Assembly (NCBI GenBank): GCA_007127575.1
Contig: SKZC01000103.1
Coordinates: forward strand, 1 to 29,630
From: Gemmatimonadota bacterium
GTDB lineage: Bacteria; Gemmatimonadota; Gemmatimonadetes; Longimicrobiales; Gaopeijiaceae
Direction: 5' to 3'
Length of the DNA stretch: 29,630 nt
Made by a program: the position numbers and the translations under genes. The number at the start of each line of letters is the position of its first letter. Positions within the stretch are counted from its first letter, which is position 1. Below the pieces are notes generated by a model. It did not search any database, was not told the DNA's origin, and saw only the letters and a program-made list of their open reading frames with translations. Below are positions 1 to 8,736 of this stretch, piece by piece.

Positions 1-105
1 CTATTCCTGGTCTTCGCACTTCGTGCTCAGGTACTCGCTTCGCTCATGTTCGTCGCGCCTAGCCACAGCGGCGCTTCGGCACCCTCGGTGCTTCAACGAA
101 CCTCT
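1..105. repeat. Putative REP/MITE-like intergenic element with clustered mini-hairpins (truncated by window start)
   Basis: Downstream of the glgE stop: gcac-ttc-gtgc (16-26), gc-ttc-gc (37-43; GCGAAGC on the minus strand), gcgcttcggc (71-80), gcacc-ctc-ggtgc (79-91). No credible CDS here. Copy number cannot be seen in one window. Confidence 0.4.
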
Positions 106-116
106 GACTCGGGACA

Positions 117-2192
117 CTAGAAGTACTCGAAGTCCGCCTCGGTTCTGCGCCGGGGAATGACTCGGAAGATGTGGGCCGGCGAGACGTGGGGGTTCAACTC
201 CACGTAGTTTCGGGAGCCCTCCCAGAAGTACCGGCCGCCGGCCAGTAGATCCTCTACCTCGAAGGGAGCCCCGGCCTCCAAGCCCAGGGAACCCAGGTCC
301 AGGTGGGTCCAACCGGACTGCACATGATCCGGATCCAGGTTCACCACCACCAGAATCCGGTCCTCCTCCCCGGCACCCTTGGAGTAGGCCATGAGGCGGT
401 CGTTGTCCACCCAGTGGAAGCGTATGGTCTCGTTCCGCTCCAGCGCGGAGTACGTCCTCCGGATCCGATTCACCCGGGAGATCAGGTCCGACAGGCTGTC
501 CTCTCGGTCCAGGTCCCACCGTCGGAGCTGGTACTTCTCCGAGTCCAGGTACTCCTCGCTCCCCGGCTGCCGAGGCTGGTGCTCCAGAAGCTCGAAGGGG
601 GGTCCGTAGATGCCGTAGCTGGACGATAGGGTGGCGGCCAATACGAAGCGGGTGACGAAAGCAGGCCGCTTCCCTGATTGGAGCACTTCGGTGAGGATGT
701 CCGGAGTATTGGGCCAGAAGTTGGGGCGAAAGTACTCGCGGACCGGGGTGTGGGCCAGCTCTTCCATGTAGTCCGTAAGCCCCGACTTGCTGTTTCTCCA
801 GGCGAAGTAGGTGTACGACTGGGTGAATCCCAGCTTGGCCAGCCGGTACATCATCTTGGGCCGGGTGAAGGCCTCGGACAGAAAAATGACGTCTGGGTCA
901 CTCGCTTTGAGCTCCCCGATGACCCACTCCCAGAACGGGAGGGACTTGGTGTGGGGATTGTCCACCCGGAAGATCTTCACCCCCTGGTCGATCCAGAACG
1001 AGAAGACTCCCTTGAGCTCCTGCCAGAGGTTCTCCCAATCGTCGGTCTCGAAGTCGATGGGGTAGATGTCCTCGTACTTCTTCGGAGGGTTCTCGGCGAA
1101 GCGGATGCTTCCATCGGGGAGGTGTCGGAACCAATCCGGGTGATCCGCGACCCAGGGGTGGTCGGGAGAGCACTGGAAGGCTACGTCCAGCGCCACCTCC
1201 AATCCTTCCTTCTCCGCTGCCTTCCGAAAGGACCGAAAGTCCTTGAGGGTCCCCAGTTCGGGATGGACGGCGGTGTGGCCTCCCTCCTTGGCGCCAATGG
1301 CCCAGGGGCTCCCCGGCTCGCCGGGCTCGCAGGTCCGCCGGTTGTTACGTCCTTTCCGATTCGTCCGACCCACCGGGTGAATGGGAGGAAGGTAGACCAC
1401 ATCGAATCCCATTCCCGCGACGTAGGGAAGCATGCCCTGGGCATCCTTGAACGTCCCGTGTCGTCCGGGTTCCGGGGAGGTGGATCGGGGGAAGAACTCG
1501 TACCAGGCGCTGAAGCGGGCGCGCTCCCGGTCCACCACCAGGGGAAGAAGGGGATCGTACCGCGTTGCGAACCTCCGGTCCGGGAAGCGGTGGATCAAGG
1601 ATCGCAGCTCCCCATTCAGGGGGCCGTCGGGCCCTTCCAGCAGCTCCGGCGTTTTCCGAACCTTGGGATCGTCCGCCCACTCCTGGAGCCGTTCTCCCCA
1701 TCCCTCCAGTCGCTCCGCCGCCCCCTCGTCTCCCCCTCTGGACACCGGAAGGGTCCGGGCCCTCTGAGCCGCCTCTCGACTCAGCCCGGCCCCCACCTGA
1801 AGCTCCACGACCACCTCCTCCCCCTTCCCCGCCGACACCCATCTCTCAAAGTCCCGAAGCCAGGTCCTAAAGGGGTCGGCCCATGCCAGAACGGTGTATT
1901 CGAAGCGGCCCAGGCCGTCCAGTGGGAGGCTCCCCCTCCACCGGTCGTTTTCCAGCAGCTCCATGGGGGCCTCCTCCCACTTCCGTCGGCCATGCTCCCG
2001 CAGAAGGAGCACCGCCGCCACCTGGTCATGGCCGTCGGCGAAGACGTCGGCCTCCACCTCCAGGTCATCACCCACCACCCGTTTCACCGGGAACCGTCCG
2101 ACGTCGACCTGCGGGGTGACCCCCTCGATCTGGACGCGGCGGCGTCCCTCCCGAGGCAGGGTGGAGCGGGACTGGGGGGGCTTCTTGCTCAA
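117..2192 (-). CDS. glgE: Alpha-1,4-glucan:maltose-1-phosphate maltosyltransferase GlgE (GH13), 691 aa
   Basis: Motifs SAWYEFFPRS, GFDVVYLPPIHP, SPWAIG, NPPKKYEDIYP, IFRVDNPHTK (nucleophile Asp), FLSEAF (acid/base Glu), NTPDIL. Start moved from the ORF-track 2324 to TTG at 2192, which has GAGGAGGAG just upstream and precedes the typical GRRRVQIEGVTP N-terminus. Confidence 0.95.
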   Translation of the reverse strand: MSKKPPQSRSTLPREGRRRVQIEGVTPQVDVGRFPVKRVVGDDLEVEADVFADGHDQVAAVLLLREHGRRKWEEAPMELLENDRWRGSLPLDGLGRFEYTVLAWADPFRTWLRDFERWVSAGKGEEVVVELQVGAGLSREAAQRARTLPVSRGGDEGAAERLEGWGERLQEWADDPKVRKTPELLEGPDGPLNGELRSLIHRFPDRRFATRYDPLLPLVVDRERARFSAWYEFFPRSTSPEPGRHGTFKDAQGMLPYVAGMGFDVVYLPPIHPVGRTNRKGRNNRRTCEPGEPGSPWAIGAKEGGHTAVHPELGTLKDFRSFRKAAEKEGLEVALDVAFQCSPDHPWVADHPDWFRHLPDGSIRFAENPPKKYEDIYPIDFETDDWENLWQELKGVFSFWIDQGVKIFRVDNPHTKSLPFWEWVIGELKASDPDVIFLSEAFTRPKMMYRLAKLGFTQSYTYFAWRNSKSGLTDYMEELAHTPVREYFRPNFWPNTPDILTEVLQSGKRPAFVTRFVLAATLSSSYGIYGPPFELLEHQPRQPGSEEYLDSEKYQLRRWDLDREDSLSDLISRVNRIRRTYSALERNETIRFHWVDNDRLMAYSKGAGEEDRILVVVNLDPDHVQSGWTHLDLGSLGLEAGAPFEVEDLLAGGRYFWEGSRNYVELNPHVSPAHIFRVIPRRRTEADFEYF

Positions 2193-2433
2193 ACGTCTCC
2201 TCCTCTGTGGCACTGATCCCCGTGCCACCAGGACCGCACGTTGCGGCTGCCGCACGGGAGAGCCAAAGGACATAAGGTGCCCGAGGCCGACCCTCCGAGC
2301 AAACCGGGCTCCCCCTGAGTCCAAGCTCCCCTCATGAGGTGGACGTCGGGAGCGGATCCTGCGAAGCTATCGTCTTCGAGAGCGATCCGGGGTGCCGGAA
2401 AGCAACGACTCTGTTTACAGATGGGTTTGGGTT

Positions 2434-4203
2434 ATGGATCAGAAGGCCGACGTGCGGACGGGAACGAAGTCGGTGGCGTACTTCTCCATGGAGGTGGGAC
2501 TCCGAACGGACCTTCCCACCTACAGCGGGGGCCTGGGCGTCCTGGCCGGGGACACCATTCGGGCGGCAGCGGACCTGGAGCTGCCCTACTTCGCCTTCTC
2601 CCTGGTTCACCGGAGCGGCTACTTCCGTCAGACCCTGGACCCGAACGGGATGCAGGGGGAGGAGCCAGCGGCGTGGGATCCGGCGGCGGAGCTGAAGGAG
2701 GTGCCGGAGCGCGTCGAAGTGGAGGTGGAGGGACGGAGCGTGACCGTGCGGGCGTGGGAGTACCCCGTGAGGGGGGTCACGGGGCATCAGGTCCCGGTCT
2801 ACCTCCTGGACACAGACCTTCCGGAGAACCAGGAGGAGGACCGGAGGATTACGGACGCCCTCTACGGTGGCGACTCCCGGACGCGGATCCTACAGGAAGC
2901 CGTTCTGGGGCTCGGAGGTGCCGGCCTTCTGAAGGCCCTGGGCCTCGACGGGGATATCACGCTCCATCTAAACGAAGGTCACTCGGCCTTCCTGGCCCTG
3001 GCCCTCCTGGAGGACGAGATGGTCTCGGCAGGAACCGGCTCGACACCTACCGAAACCGACGTGGAGAACGCGGCGGCTCAGGTGCGACGCCGGTGCGTCT
3101 TCACCACCCACACCCCCGTTCCCGCCGGGCACGACCGCTTCCCCACCGAGCTGGTGGAGTCGGTTCTGGGCCCCCAGCGGACCGCCCTCCTGGAGGCGGC
3201 GGGGCTTGTAGAGGCGAGGGAGGCGGGGGACGACGAAGAAGAGGAAGGGAACGGAGGCCAGGTGAACATGACCCATGTGGCCCTTCACTTCGCACGGTTC
3301 ACCAACGGCGTGGCGGCCCGACACGGACAGGTCTCCCGGGAGATGTTCCCGGGCCGGAGGATCCACGCCATCACCAACGGAGTCCACGCTGCCACATGGA
3401 CCGGGGAGGGCTTCCAGGCCCTTTTCGACGAGCATCTTCCCAGGTGGAGAGAGGACCCGTACCTCCTCCGCCAGGCCATGACGATCCCCCTGGAAGCCTT
3501 TCCGCCGGCCCACGCCCGGTCCAAGAAGGCCCTTCTGGACGTCGTGAAGCGAAGAGCGGGCGTAAGACTGTCGCCGGAACGGTTCACCATCGCCTTCGCA
3601 CGCCGGGCCACCCCGTACAAGCGGGCGGATCTCCTCATGAGCGACCTGGAGCGGCTGGCGAAAGTGGGGCAGGCGGCGGGCGGGCTCCAGATCCTCTACT
3701 CCGGAAAGGCCCACCCCAGGGACCTCACCGGAAAGGAGATGATCCAGCGGGTGGTCCAGGCCGGGGAAGCCCTTCCCCCGGAGATCACCCTGGTCTACCT
3801 GGAGGACTACGACATGGAGCTGGGCCACCACCTGGCGGCCGGCTCGGACCTCTGGCTCAATAACCCGCGAAAGCCCATGGAGGCCTCGGGTACCAGTGGA
3901 ATGAAGGCGGCGCTCAACGGAGTGCCCTGCCTCAGCGTCCTGGACGGATGGTGGATCGAGGGACACGTGGAGGGGGTTACCGGCTGGTCCATCGACCGGG
4001 ACTGGAGAGAGCCAGCGGACCCGGAGGAGGAGGCCACCCGCCTTCTGGACAAGTTGGAAGAGACCATCCTCCCCCTCTACAACGACGATCCCGACGGGTG
4101 GGCTGCGGTGATGCGCGCGGCGGTGGCCTTCAACGGCTCGTACTTCCACACCCGCCGGATGATGGAGGAGTACCTGGCGCTGGCGTACCGTGGCGAGGGC
4201 TGA
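2434..4203 (+). CDS. glgP: Alpha-glucan (glycogen/maltodextrin) phosphorylase, GT35, short form
   Basis: Motifs YFSME..PTYSGGLGVLAGD, HLNEGH, FTTHTPVPAGHD, ITNGVH, FARRATPYKRA and the PLP-lysine motif EASGTSGMKAALNG. Start is uncertain (ATG 2434 chosen; GTG 2392 possible). Confidence 0.93.
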   Translation: MDQKADVRTGTKSVAYFSMEVGLRTDLPTYSGGLGVLAGDTIRAAADLELPYFAFSLVHRSGYFRQTLDPNGMQGEEPAAWDPAAELKEVPERVEVEVEGRSVTVRAWEYPVRGVTGHQVPVYLLDTDLPENQEEDRRITDALYGGDSRTRILQEAVLGLGGAGLLKALGLDGDITLHLNEGHSAFLALALLEDEMVSAGTGSTPTETDVENAAAQVRRRCVFTTHTPVPAGHDRFPTELVESVLGPQRTALLEAAGLVEAREAGDDEEEEGNGGQVNMTHVALHFARFTNGVAARHGQVSREMFPGRRIHAITNGVHAATWTGEGFQALFDEHLPRWREDPYLLRQAMTIPLEAFPPAHARSKKALLDVVKRRAGVRLSPERFTIAFARRATPYKRADLLMSDLERLAKVGQAAGGLQILYSGKAHPRDLTGKEMIQRVVQAGEALPPEITLVYLEDYDMELGHHLAAGSDLWLNNPRKPMEASGTSGMKAALNGVPCLSVLDGWWIEGHVEGVTGWSIDRDWREPADPEEEATRLLDKLEETILPLYNDDPDGWAAVMRAAVAFNGSYFHTRRMMEEYLALAYRGEG

Positions 4204-4215
4204 AGCGCCGTCGGA

Positions 4216-4650
4216 TCAGGCCCCTGCCACCTCCCCCTGATCCCCTCCCTCGAGGAGCCGTTCCCGGAGCTCGGGTGGCCACGGGGTGGGCCGGCCCTGG
4301 GGCTGGCCGGTGACGTAGACCACGACCAAGGCACCCTCCACCGCCGGGTCTTCGTCCCCTTCCAGGTGGAGATGGAAGGCGTAACGCAGCGACGTCCGGC
4401 CCACGGAGTCCACCTGGAGGCGAAGCTCTGCGCGATCGAAAAAACGGAGCTCCTTCCGGAACGAAGACTCCACATGGACCCGGGGCGTCCGACCGAAGGT
4501 CTCCCCCTGGATTCCGAGTCGGTGGTGGAGGTGAGCCTCTGCCGCCTCCACCAATCGGAAAACCGTCGTCCAGTGGGCCACCTGCGCAGCATCCGTATCC
4601 ACCCAGTCCACTCTCCGGGTCAGTGTGATGCGGGCGGGATCCTGGGACAT
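4216..4650 (-). CDS. Hotdog-fold acyl-CoA thioesterase (4HBT/YbgC-like), 144 aa
   Basis: RVDWVDTDAAQVAHW...EAAE matches the family D-T-D catalytic motif; VGRTSLRYAF strand. ATG 4650 has AGGAGG upstream. Confidence 0.8.
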   Translation of the reverse strand: MSQDPARITLTRRVDWVDTDAAQVAHWTTVFRLVEAAEAHLHHRLGIQGETFGRTPRVHVESSFRKELRFFDRAELRLQVDSVGRTSLRYAFHLHLEGDEDPAVEGALVVVYVTGQPQGRPTPWPPELRERLLEGGDQGEVAGA

Positions 4651-4683
4651 GGGGCCTCCTGTCGAAAGGGGCGTGACGATACG

Positions 4684-4689
4684 TAGAAT
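4684..4689 (+). promoter_or_regulatory. Candidate -10 element (TAGAAT) for kynA-kynU
   Basis: TAGAAT about 30 nt before the kynA GTG, in the 68-nt gap between divergent starts; no convincing -35. Confidence 0.3.
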
Positions 4690-4718
4690 GTTCGGACCAC
4701 CGACGGGAGGATAGAGCC

Positions 4719-5546
4719 GTGACCCCAGAAGGCAACCCACCGTCCAGGGGCGACCCGGGCGCCCCCCCATTGACCTACGCCCGCTACCTGCGACTGGAGG
4801 AGCTCCTGGCCCTCCAGTTCCCCCGATCAGACGGGCCTGAACACGATGAGACCCTCTTCATCATCATTCACCAGGTCTACGAGCTCTGGTTCAAGGAGCT
4901 CCTCCACGAGCTGGATCACCTGAAGGGACTCCTGGAGGCGGATGACACCCCCAGGTCCCAGCACACCCTGAAGCGGGTGCTCACGATCCTCAAGGTGCTG
5001 GTGGCTCAGATCGACGTCCTGGAGACTATGACCCCGCTGGAGTTCCTCTCCTTCCGGCACCGGCTGGAGTCGGGGAGCGGCTTCCAGTCTTTCCAGTTCC
5101 GAGAGCTGGAATTCGTCCTGGGATACAAGCGGCGCAGCGTGGTGGACCACTACCCGAAGGGGGAGGTGGGCCGTGACCGGTTGGAGCACCGGTACCGGGA
5201 ACCCACTCTCTGGGACGCCTTCCTGAAGTACCTGAATGGGCGGGGATACCCGGTGCCCAGCACCCAGCTCGAGAGAGACGTAACGCACCCGGTGGAATCG
5301 TCTCGGGTTCTTCAGCAGATCCTCGTCCGGGTCTACCGAGACGACCCCGAGGTGCGGAGCGTCTGCGAACGGCTGGTGGATCTGGACGAAGGACTCCAGG
5401 AGTGGCGCTACCGCCACGTGAAGATGGTGGAGCGGACCATCGGACGGAAACCGGGCACCGGAGGGAGCTCCGGAGCCGGGTACCTGGAGACCACTCTCAT
5501 GAAGCCCCTCTTCCCTGACCTCTGGGAGATCCGGACGGAGCTATGA
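4719..5546 (+). CDS. kynA: Tryptophan 2,3-dioxygenase, 275 aa
   Basis: LTYARYLRLEELL, HDETLFIIIHQVYELWFK, SGFQSFQFRELE, WRYRHVKMVERTIG and GTGGSSG..YL are TDO hallmarks. GGGAGG upstream of the GTG start. Confidence 0.95.
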   Translation: MTPEGNPPSRGDPGAPPLTYARYLRLEELLALQFPRSDGPEHDETLFIIIHQVYELWFKELLHELDHLKGLLEADDTPRSQHTLKRVLTILKVLVAQIDVLETMTPLEFLSFRHRLESGSGFQSFQFRELEFVLGYKRRSVVDHYPKGEVGRDRLEHRYREPTLWDAFLKYLNGRGYPVPSTQLERDVTHPVESSRVLQQILVRVYRDDPEVRSVCERLVDLDEGLQEWRYRHVKMVERTIGRKPGTGGSSGAGYLETTLMKPLFPDLWEIRTEL

Positions 5547-6781
5547 CCTGGACTCTGAACGACCTTCGCACCTCCCCCAATCCCCTTGCGTCACACTACG
5601 CCCGGTTTCGGGTGCAGCAGCGCCTTCTCCTCACCGGACACTCCCACCGGGCTTGGCCGGACCGGGCGCGGGAAGGTCAGATCCAGGCCTGGGACGATGC
5701 GGCGGGGGCCGTGGACGACAAGTGGGAGCGAGCCTTCGAGAAGGCCGATGGCGTCCGGAGAGGATATGCCCGGCTCCTTGACGCTACCCCCGAAAGCATC
5801 GCGCTGGGCGCGAACACCCACGAGCTAGTGGTTCGGTTTCTCTCCGCCCTCCCCCTCCGGGACCGTCCTCGGTTGGTCACCACCACCGGAGAGTTCCACG
5901 CCATTCGCAGGCAGCTCCAGCGGCTGGAGGAGGAAGGGCTGGAAGTCCACCGGGTCCCGGTGGAGCCAGTGGACGGGCTTCCGAAGCGGGTGTCGGATGC
6001 GGTAGACGACCGCACCGCCTCCGTCCTGGTCTCCTCCGTCCTCTTCGAGAACGCCCGGATCGTTCCGGGGCTGGGCGAGATGGCGGAGGCCTGCCGACGG
6101 CACGGAGCCCGCTTTCTGGTGGACGCCTACCATCACCTGAACGTGGTTCCTTTCTCCATACGGGAGCTGGGGCTGGAGGACGCCTTCGTCGTGGGTGGGG
6201 GATACAAGTACTGCCAGCTCGGGGAGGGAAATGCGTTCCTCCGCTTCCCTCCGGAGTCCAGGCTACGGCCGGCCGTCACCGGCTGGTTCGCCGAGTTCGG
6301 GGCGGTGGTGAGGGGCGAGGGGTCGGAGGAACGGGACGCATCCCGGGGGGCCGCCCCATCCCCTCGCGTAGTGTACGGTCCCGGGCCCACCCGGTTCGCA
6401 GGAGCCACCTATGACCCCACCAGCCACTACCGGGGGGCGGAGGTCTTCAGCTTTTTACAGGAAATGGAGCTCACACCCTCTTTCCTCCGGGAGGTGAGCC
6501 GACACCAGGTGGGACTCCTCGCCCGGACCTTCGACGCACTGGATCCAGATCCGGCCCTCATCGCCCGGGACCGTACCCAGCCACTGGAGGAAACGGCGGG
6601 ATTTCTTTCCCTCCGAACGTCCGACGCCGGCACATTGGAGTCGCTTCTCCGCAAGGAGGGAATCCACGTGGACCACCGGGGGGACCTCCTCCGGCTCGGC
6701 CCCGCACCCTACCTCTCGGACGGACAGATCCAGCAGGCGCTGGAGGGCCTGGGCCAGGCCCTCCAGCAACTTCCAGGATGA
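5543..6781 (+). CDS. kynU: Kynureninase (class V PLP enzyme), 412 aa
   Basis: ATGA overlap with kynA; LTGHSH, LVDAYH, GGGYKYCQLGEG (PLP lysine), RPAVTGWFAEF, RFAGATYDPTS, LRLGPAPY. Sequence and context agree. Confidence 0.85.
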   Translation: MTWTLNDLRTSPNPLASHYARFRVQQRLLLTGHSHRAWPDRAREGQIQAWDDAAGAVDDKWERAFEKADGVRRGYARLLDATPESIALGANTHELVVRFLSALPLRDRPRLVTTTGEFHAIRRQLQRLEEEGLEVHRVPVEPVDGLPKRVSDAVDDRTASVLVSSVLFENARIVPGLGEMAEACRRHGARFLVDAYHHLNVVPFSIRELGLEDAFVVGGGYKYCQLGEGNAFLRFPPESRLRPAVTGWFAEFGAVVRGEGSEERDASRGAAPSPRVVYGPGPTRFAGATYDPTSHYRGAEVFSFLQEMELTPSFLREVSRHQVGLLARTFDALDPDPALIARDRTQPLEETAGFLSLRTSDAGTLESLLRKEGIHVDHRGDLLRLGPAPYLSDGQIQQALEGLGQALQQLPG

Positions 6782-6866
6782 GGCGGTGGGGACGGGGCAC
6801 TGCCGGGAACGCAATATCCCTGTCACACCCAGCGCGTCGAGGCGTGAGCCCATCCGCCCTGTTCTT

Positions 6867-8522
6867 CTACTCCCTCGCCTCCCGCCCTTGAGCCGCCTGG
6901 AGCTCCGGCCGGTCCGGATCCGCTCCTTCCAGGAGGGTGAGGAGGTCGGCATAGTGACGGTCCGCGGCCTCCTGGTCGCCGGCCCGCTCCGCCGCCTGCG
7001 CCGCCCCGAAGAGGGCCCGGCGTCGGTTCCGTTCCGTCTCCAGGGTGGCTTCATAGGCCTGGAGTGCTTCCTGAGGCCGATCCAGCTCCAGAAGGAGATC
7101 CCCCAGAAGCTCCATGGCCGGCAGAAGAGGTCCCGGGGTCACCGGGTGCTTCTCCACGGTTCCCTCCAAGTCCGCTCCCTCCTGGGCCAGGCGGACCGCT
7201 CCCGCCTCGTCCCCCTCGGCCAGGGTCACCCACGCCTCGGCAGCCAGACGCTGGGCCTCCACCACAGTGGCCCAGTACTCATCCCCCACCGCCGTCAGCT
7301 CGTCCCGGAGTCCATCCATGGCCTGGAGCTCGCTCCGTCCCGCGTCCGGGCTCCCGGAGCGGGCCGAACCCAGGGCGCGGGCGAACCGGGTCACCGCCTC
7401 CACGTACGGCGGGGCATCCACCGGTAGCTCGAGCCCGACGGCCTCTCCCCAGTCCTCCCTTTCCAGCGCGTACCGGGCCTTCATGGCGGCGAAGTTGTAG
7501 CCGATGAGGCCCCCGTAGAACTCGTGAGGGATGTCCCGGGCCCGCTCCACGATGTCCGCCGCGTCTCCGTCCCGACCGAGCTGCAGGTAGGCGTAGACCA
7601 TGTAGTCCATGGGATGCACCGCAGCGTCGGGATCCGGCTCCGCCTGGGCGGAGCGGGCGTTCAGCTCGATGGACTCCTCCCAGTATCCCATCCGGGTGAA
7701 GATATGGGTGGGCATGTGGAGGGCGTGGGGGGCGTCTGGAGCGATGTCCGCGTACCGGAGCGCCGCCTCGATCCCCTCCTCCGCGATGGGTGGCGCATCG
7801 TAGGCGTGGATCAGGTAATGGGCGAGCCCCGGGTGGTCCGGAAGCTCCTGGAAGAGAGGCTCCATGATCTCGGCGGCATGGAGCTGTCGGGAGTAAGTGA
7901 GGTCGTCCGGCGGAGCGTTCCCCACCGCGATGCGGCCGTAGAAGATGGCTGCCTCCGCATCGTCGGGGTGGGTCTCCATCACCTCCCGCATGGCTTCCTC
8001 GTGGGCGCGCATCCGCTCCATGTGGCCCACCGTCTCATGGTCCTCGTAGAGGGCCGCCACCGCCTCGATGTACATCCGCTCTCGCTCCGTGGCGCCCTCC
8101 GCCAAAGCCCGGGCCTGCTCCACGGCCTCCAGCGCCTCCGTCACCCGGCCCTCCGGTGGGGCCGCCCGGGTCATGGGGTTCCCCCACAGCGTCATGGCCA
8201 CTCCCCAATGGGCCATGGCGCACTCCGGATCGGCCTCGGCCACCTCCTGGAAAGCGGCGTAGGCCTCCTCGAACCAGAACGAGTGAAGGGTGGCCACCGC
8301 CACTTCAAAGAGGGGCTGAGCCTCCGCCGAGCAGGACACCGGGAAGGAGACGCTTCCGACGCCCTGCACTTCTCCAGACCCTCCATGGTCGTGAGCGGGA
8401 GCGCCCTCCTGGCCAACGCCCGCTTCGGGCTCGGGATCAGCCTCCGGGGCACCGCAGGCCACAAGAGCCCAGAGAGAGAATAGGATCAACCAGCTATAGC
8501 GGGCTCGGAACGGAAGAGACAT
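6867..8522 (-). CDS. Tetratricopeptide-repeat lipoprotein of unknown function, 551 aa
   Basis: Lipobox LVAC after a hydrophobic stretch; TPR-like helices (AYAAFQEVAEADPECAMAHWG; ALQAYEATLETERNRRRALFGAAQAA); His motifs HYLIHAYD and HALHMPTHIF. ATG 8522 has GCAGGAGG upstream. Confidence 0.8.
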   Translation of the reverse strand: MSLPFRARYSWLILFSLWALVACGAPEADPEPEAGVGQEGAPAHDHGGSGEVQGVGSVSFPVSCSAEAQPLFEVAVATLHSFWFEEAYAAFQEVAEADPECAMAHWGVAMTLWGNPMTRAAPPEGRVTEALEAVEQARALAEGATERERMYIEAVAALYEDHETVGHMERMRAHEEAMREVMETHPDDAEAAIFYGRIAVGNAPPDDLTYSRQLHAAEIMEPLFQELPDHPGLAHYLIHAYDAPPIAEEGIEAALRYADIAPDAPHALHMPTHIFTRMGYWEESIELNARSAQAEPDPDAAVHPMDYMVYAYLQLGRDGDAADIVERARDIPHEFYGGLIGYNFAAMKARYALEREDWGEAVGLELPVDAPPYVEAVTRFARALGSARSGSPDAGRSELQAMDGLRDELTAVGDEYWATVVEAQRLAAEAWVTLAEGDEAGAVRLAQEGADLEGTVEKHPVTPGPLLPAMELLGDLLLELDRPQEALQAYEATLETERNRRRALFGAAQAAERAGDQEAADRHYADLLTLLEGADPDRPELQAAQGREARE

Positions 8523-8625
8523 GACGACCTCCTGCAGGCTTGGGACGAGAACACCCTCGGGCTTTCGGAACCGCCGCGGCGCTCCCAACGCGGCTCACCC
8601 TACGATTCGGGCAGGTTCCAAGGTA

Positions 8626-8655
8626 AGTGTACGATGCAGCCCCGACGGCAAACAA
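8626..8655 (-). promoter_or_regulatory. Candidate sigma70 promoter for the TPR lipoprotein gene
   Basis: Minus strand TTGTTT-N18-TACACT, about 100 nt upstream of ATG 8522. Confidence 0.3.
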
Positions 8656-8736
8656 GAATCTTCGTATCCCAGCCGCCCTGCGACCGGGGGTCCCCCCTCG
8701 TGCGATACCACTTCCGATCGGACTGCTAGCGCGATC

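Noticed and set aside
1-519. 172-aa minus-strand ORF
   Set aside because: Out-of-frame overlap with the 3' end of glgE; its tail is just translation of the hairpin element.
678-2216. 512-aa plus-strand ORF (also 2968-4149, 7524-8483, 11139-12794, 14805-16847, 17269-18516, 22308-23303, 28115-29191)
   Set aside because: Antisense shadows of well-supported genes; expected in high-GC DNA with strong codon bias; no motifs.
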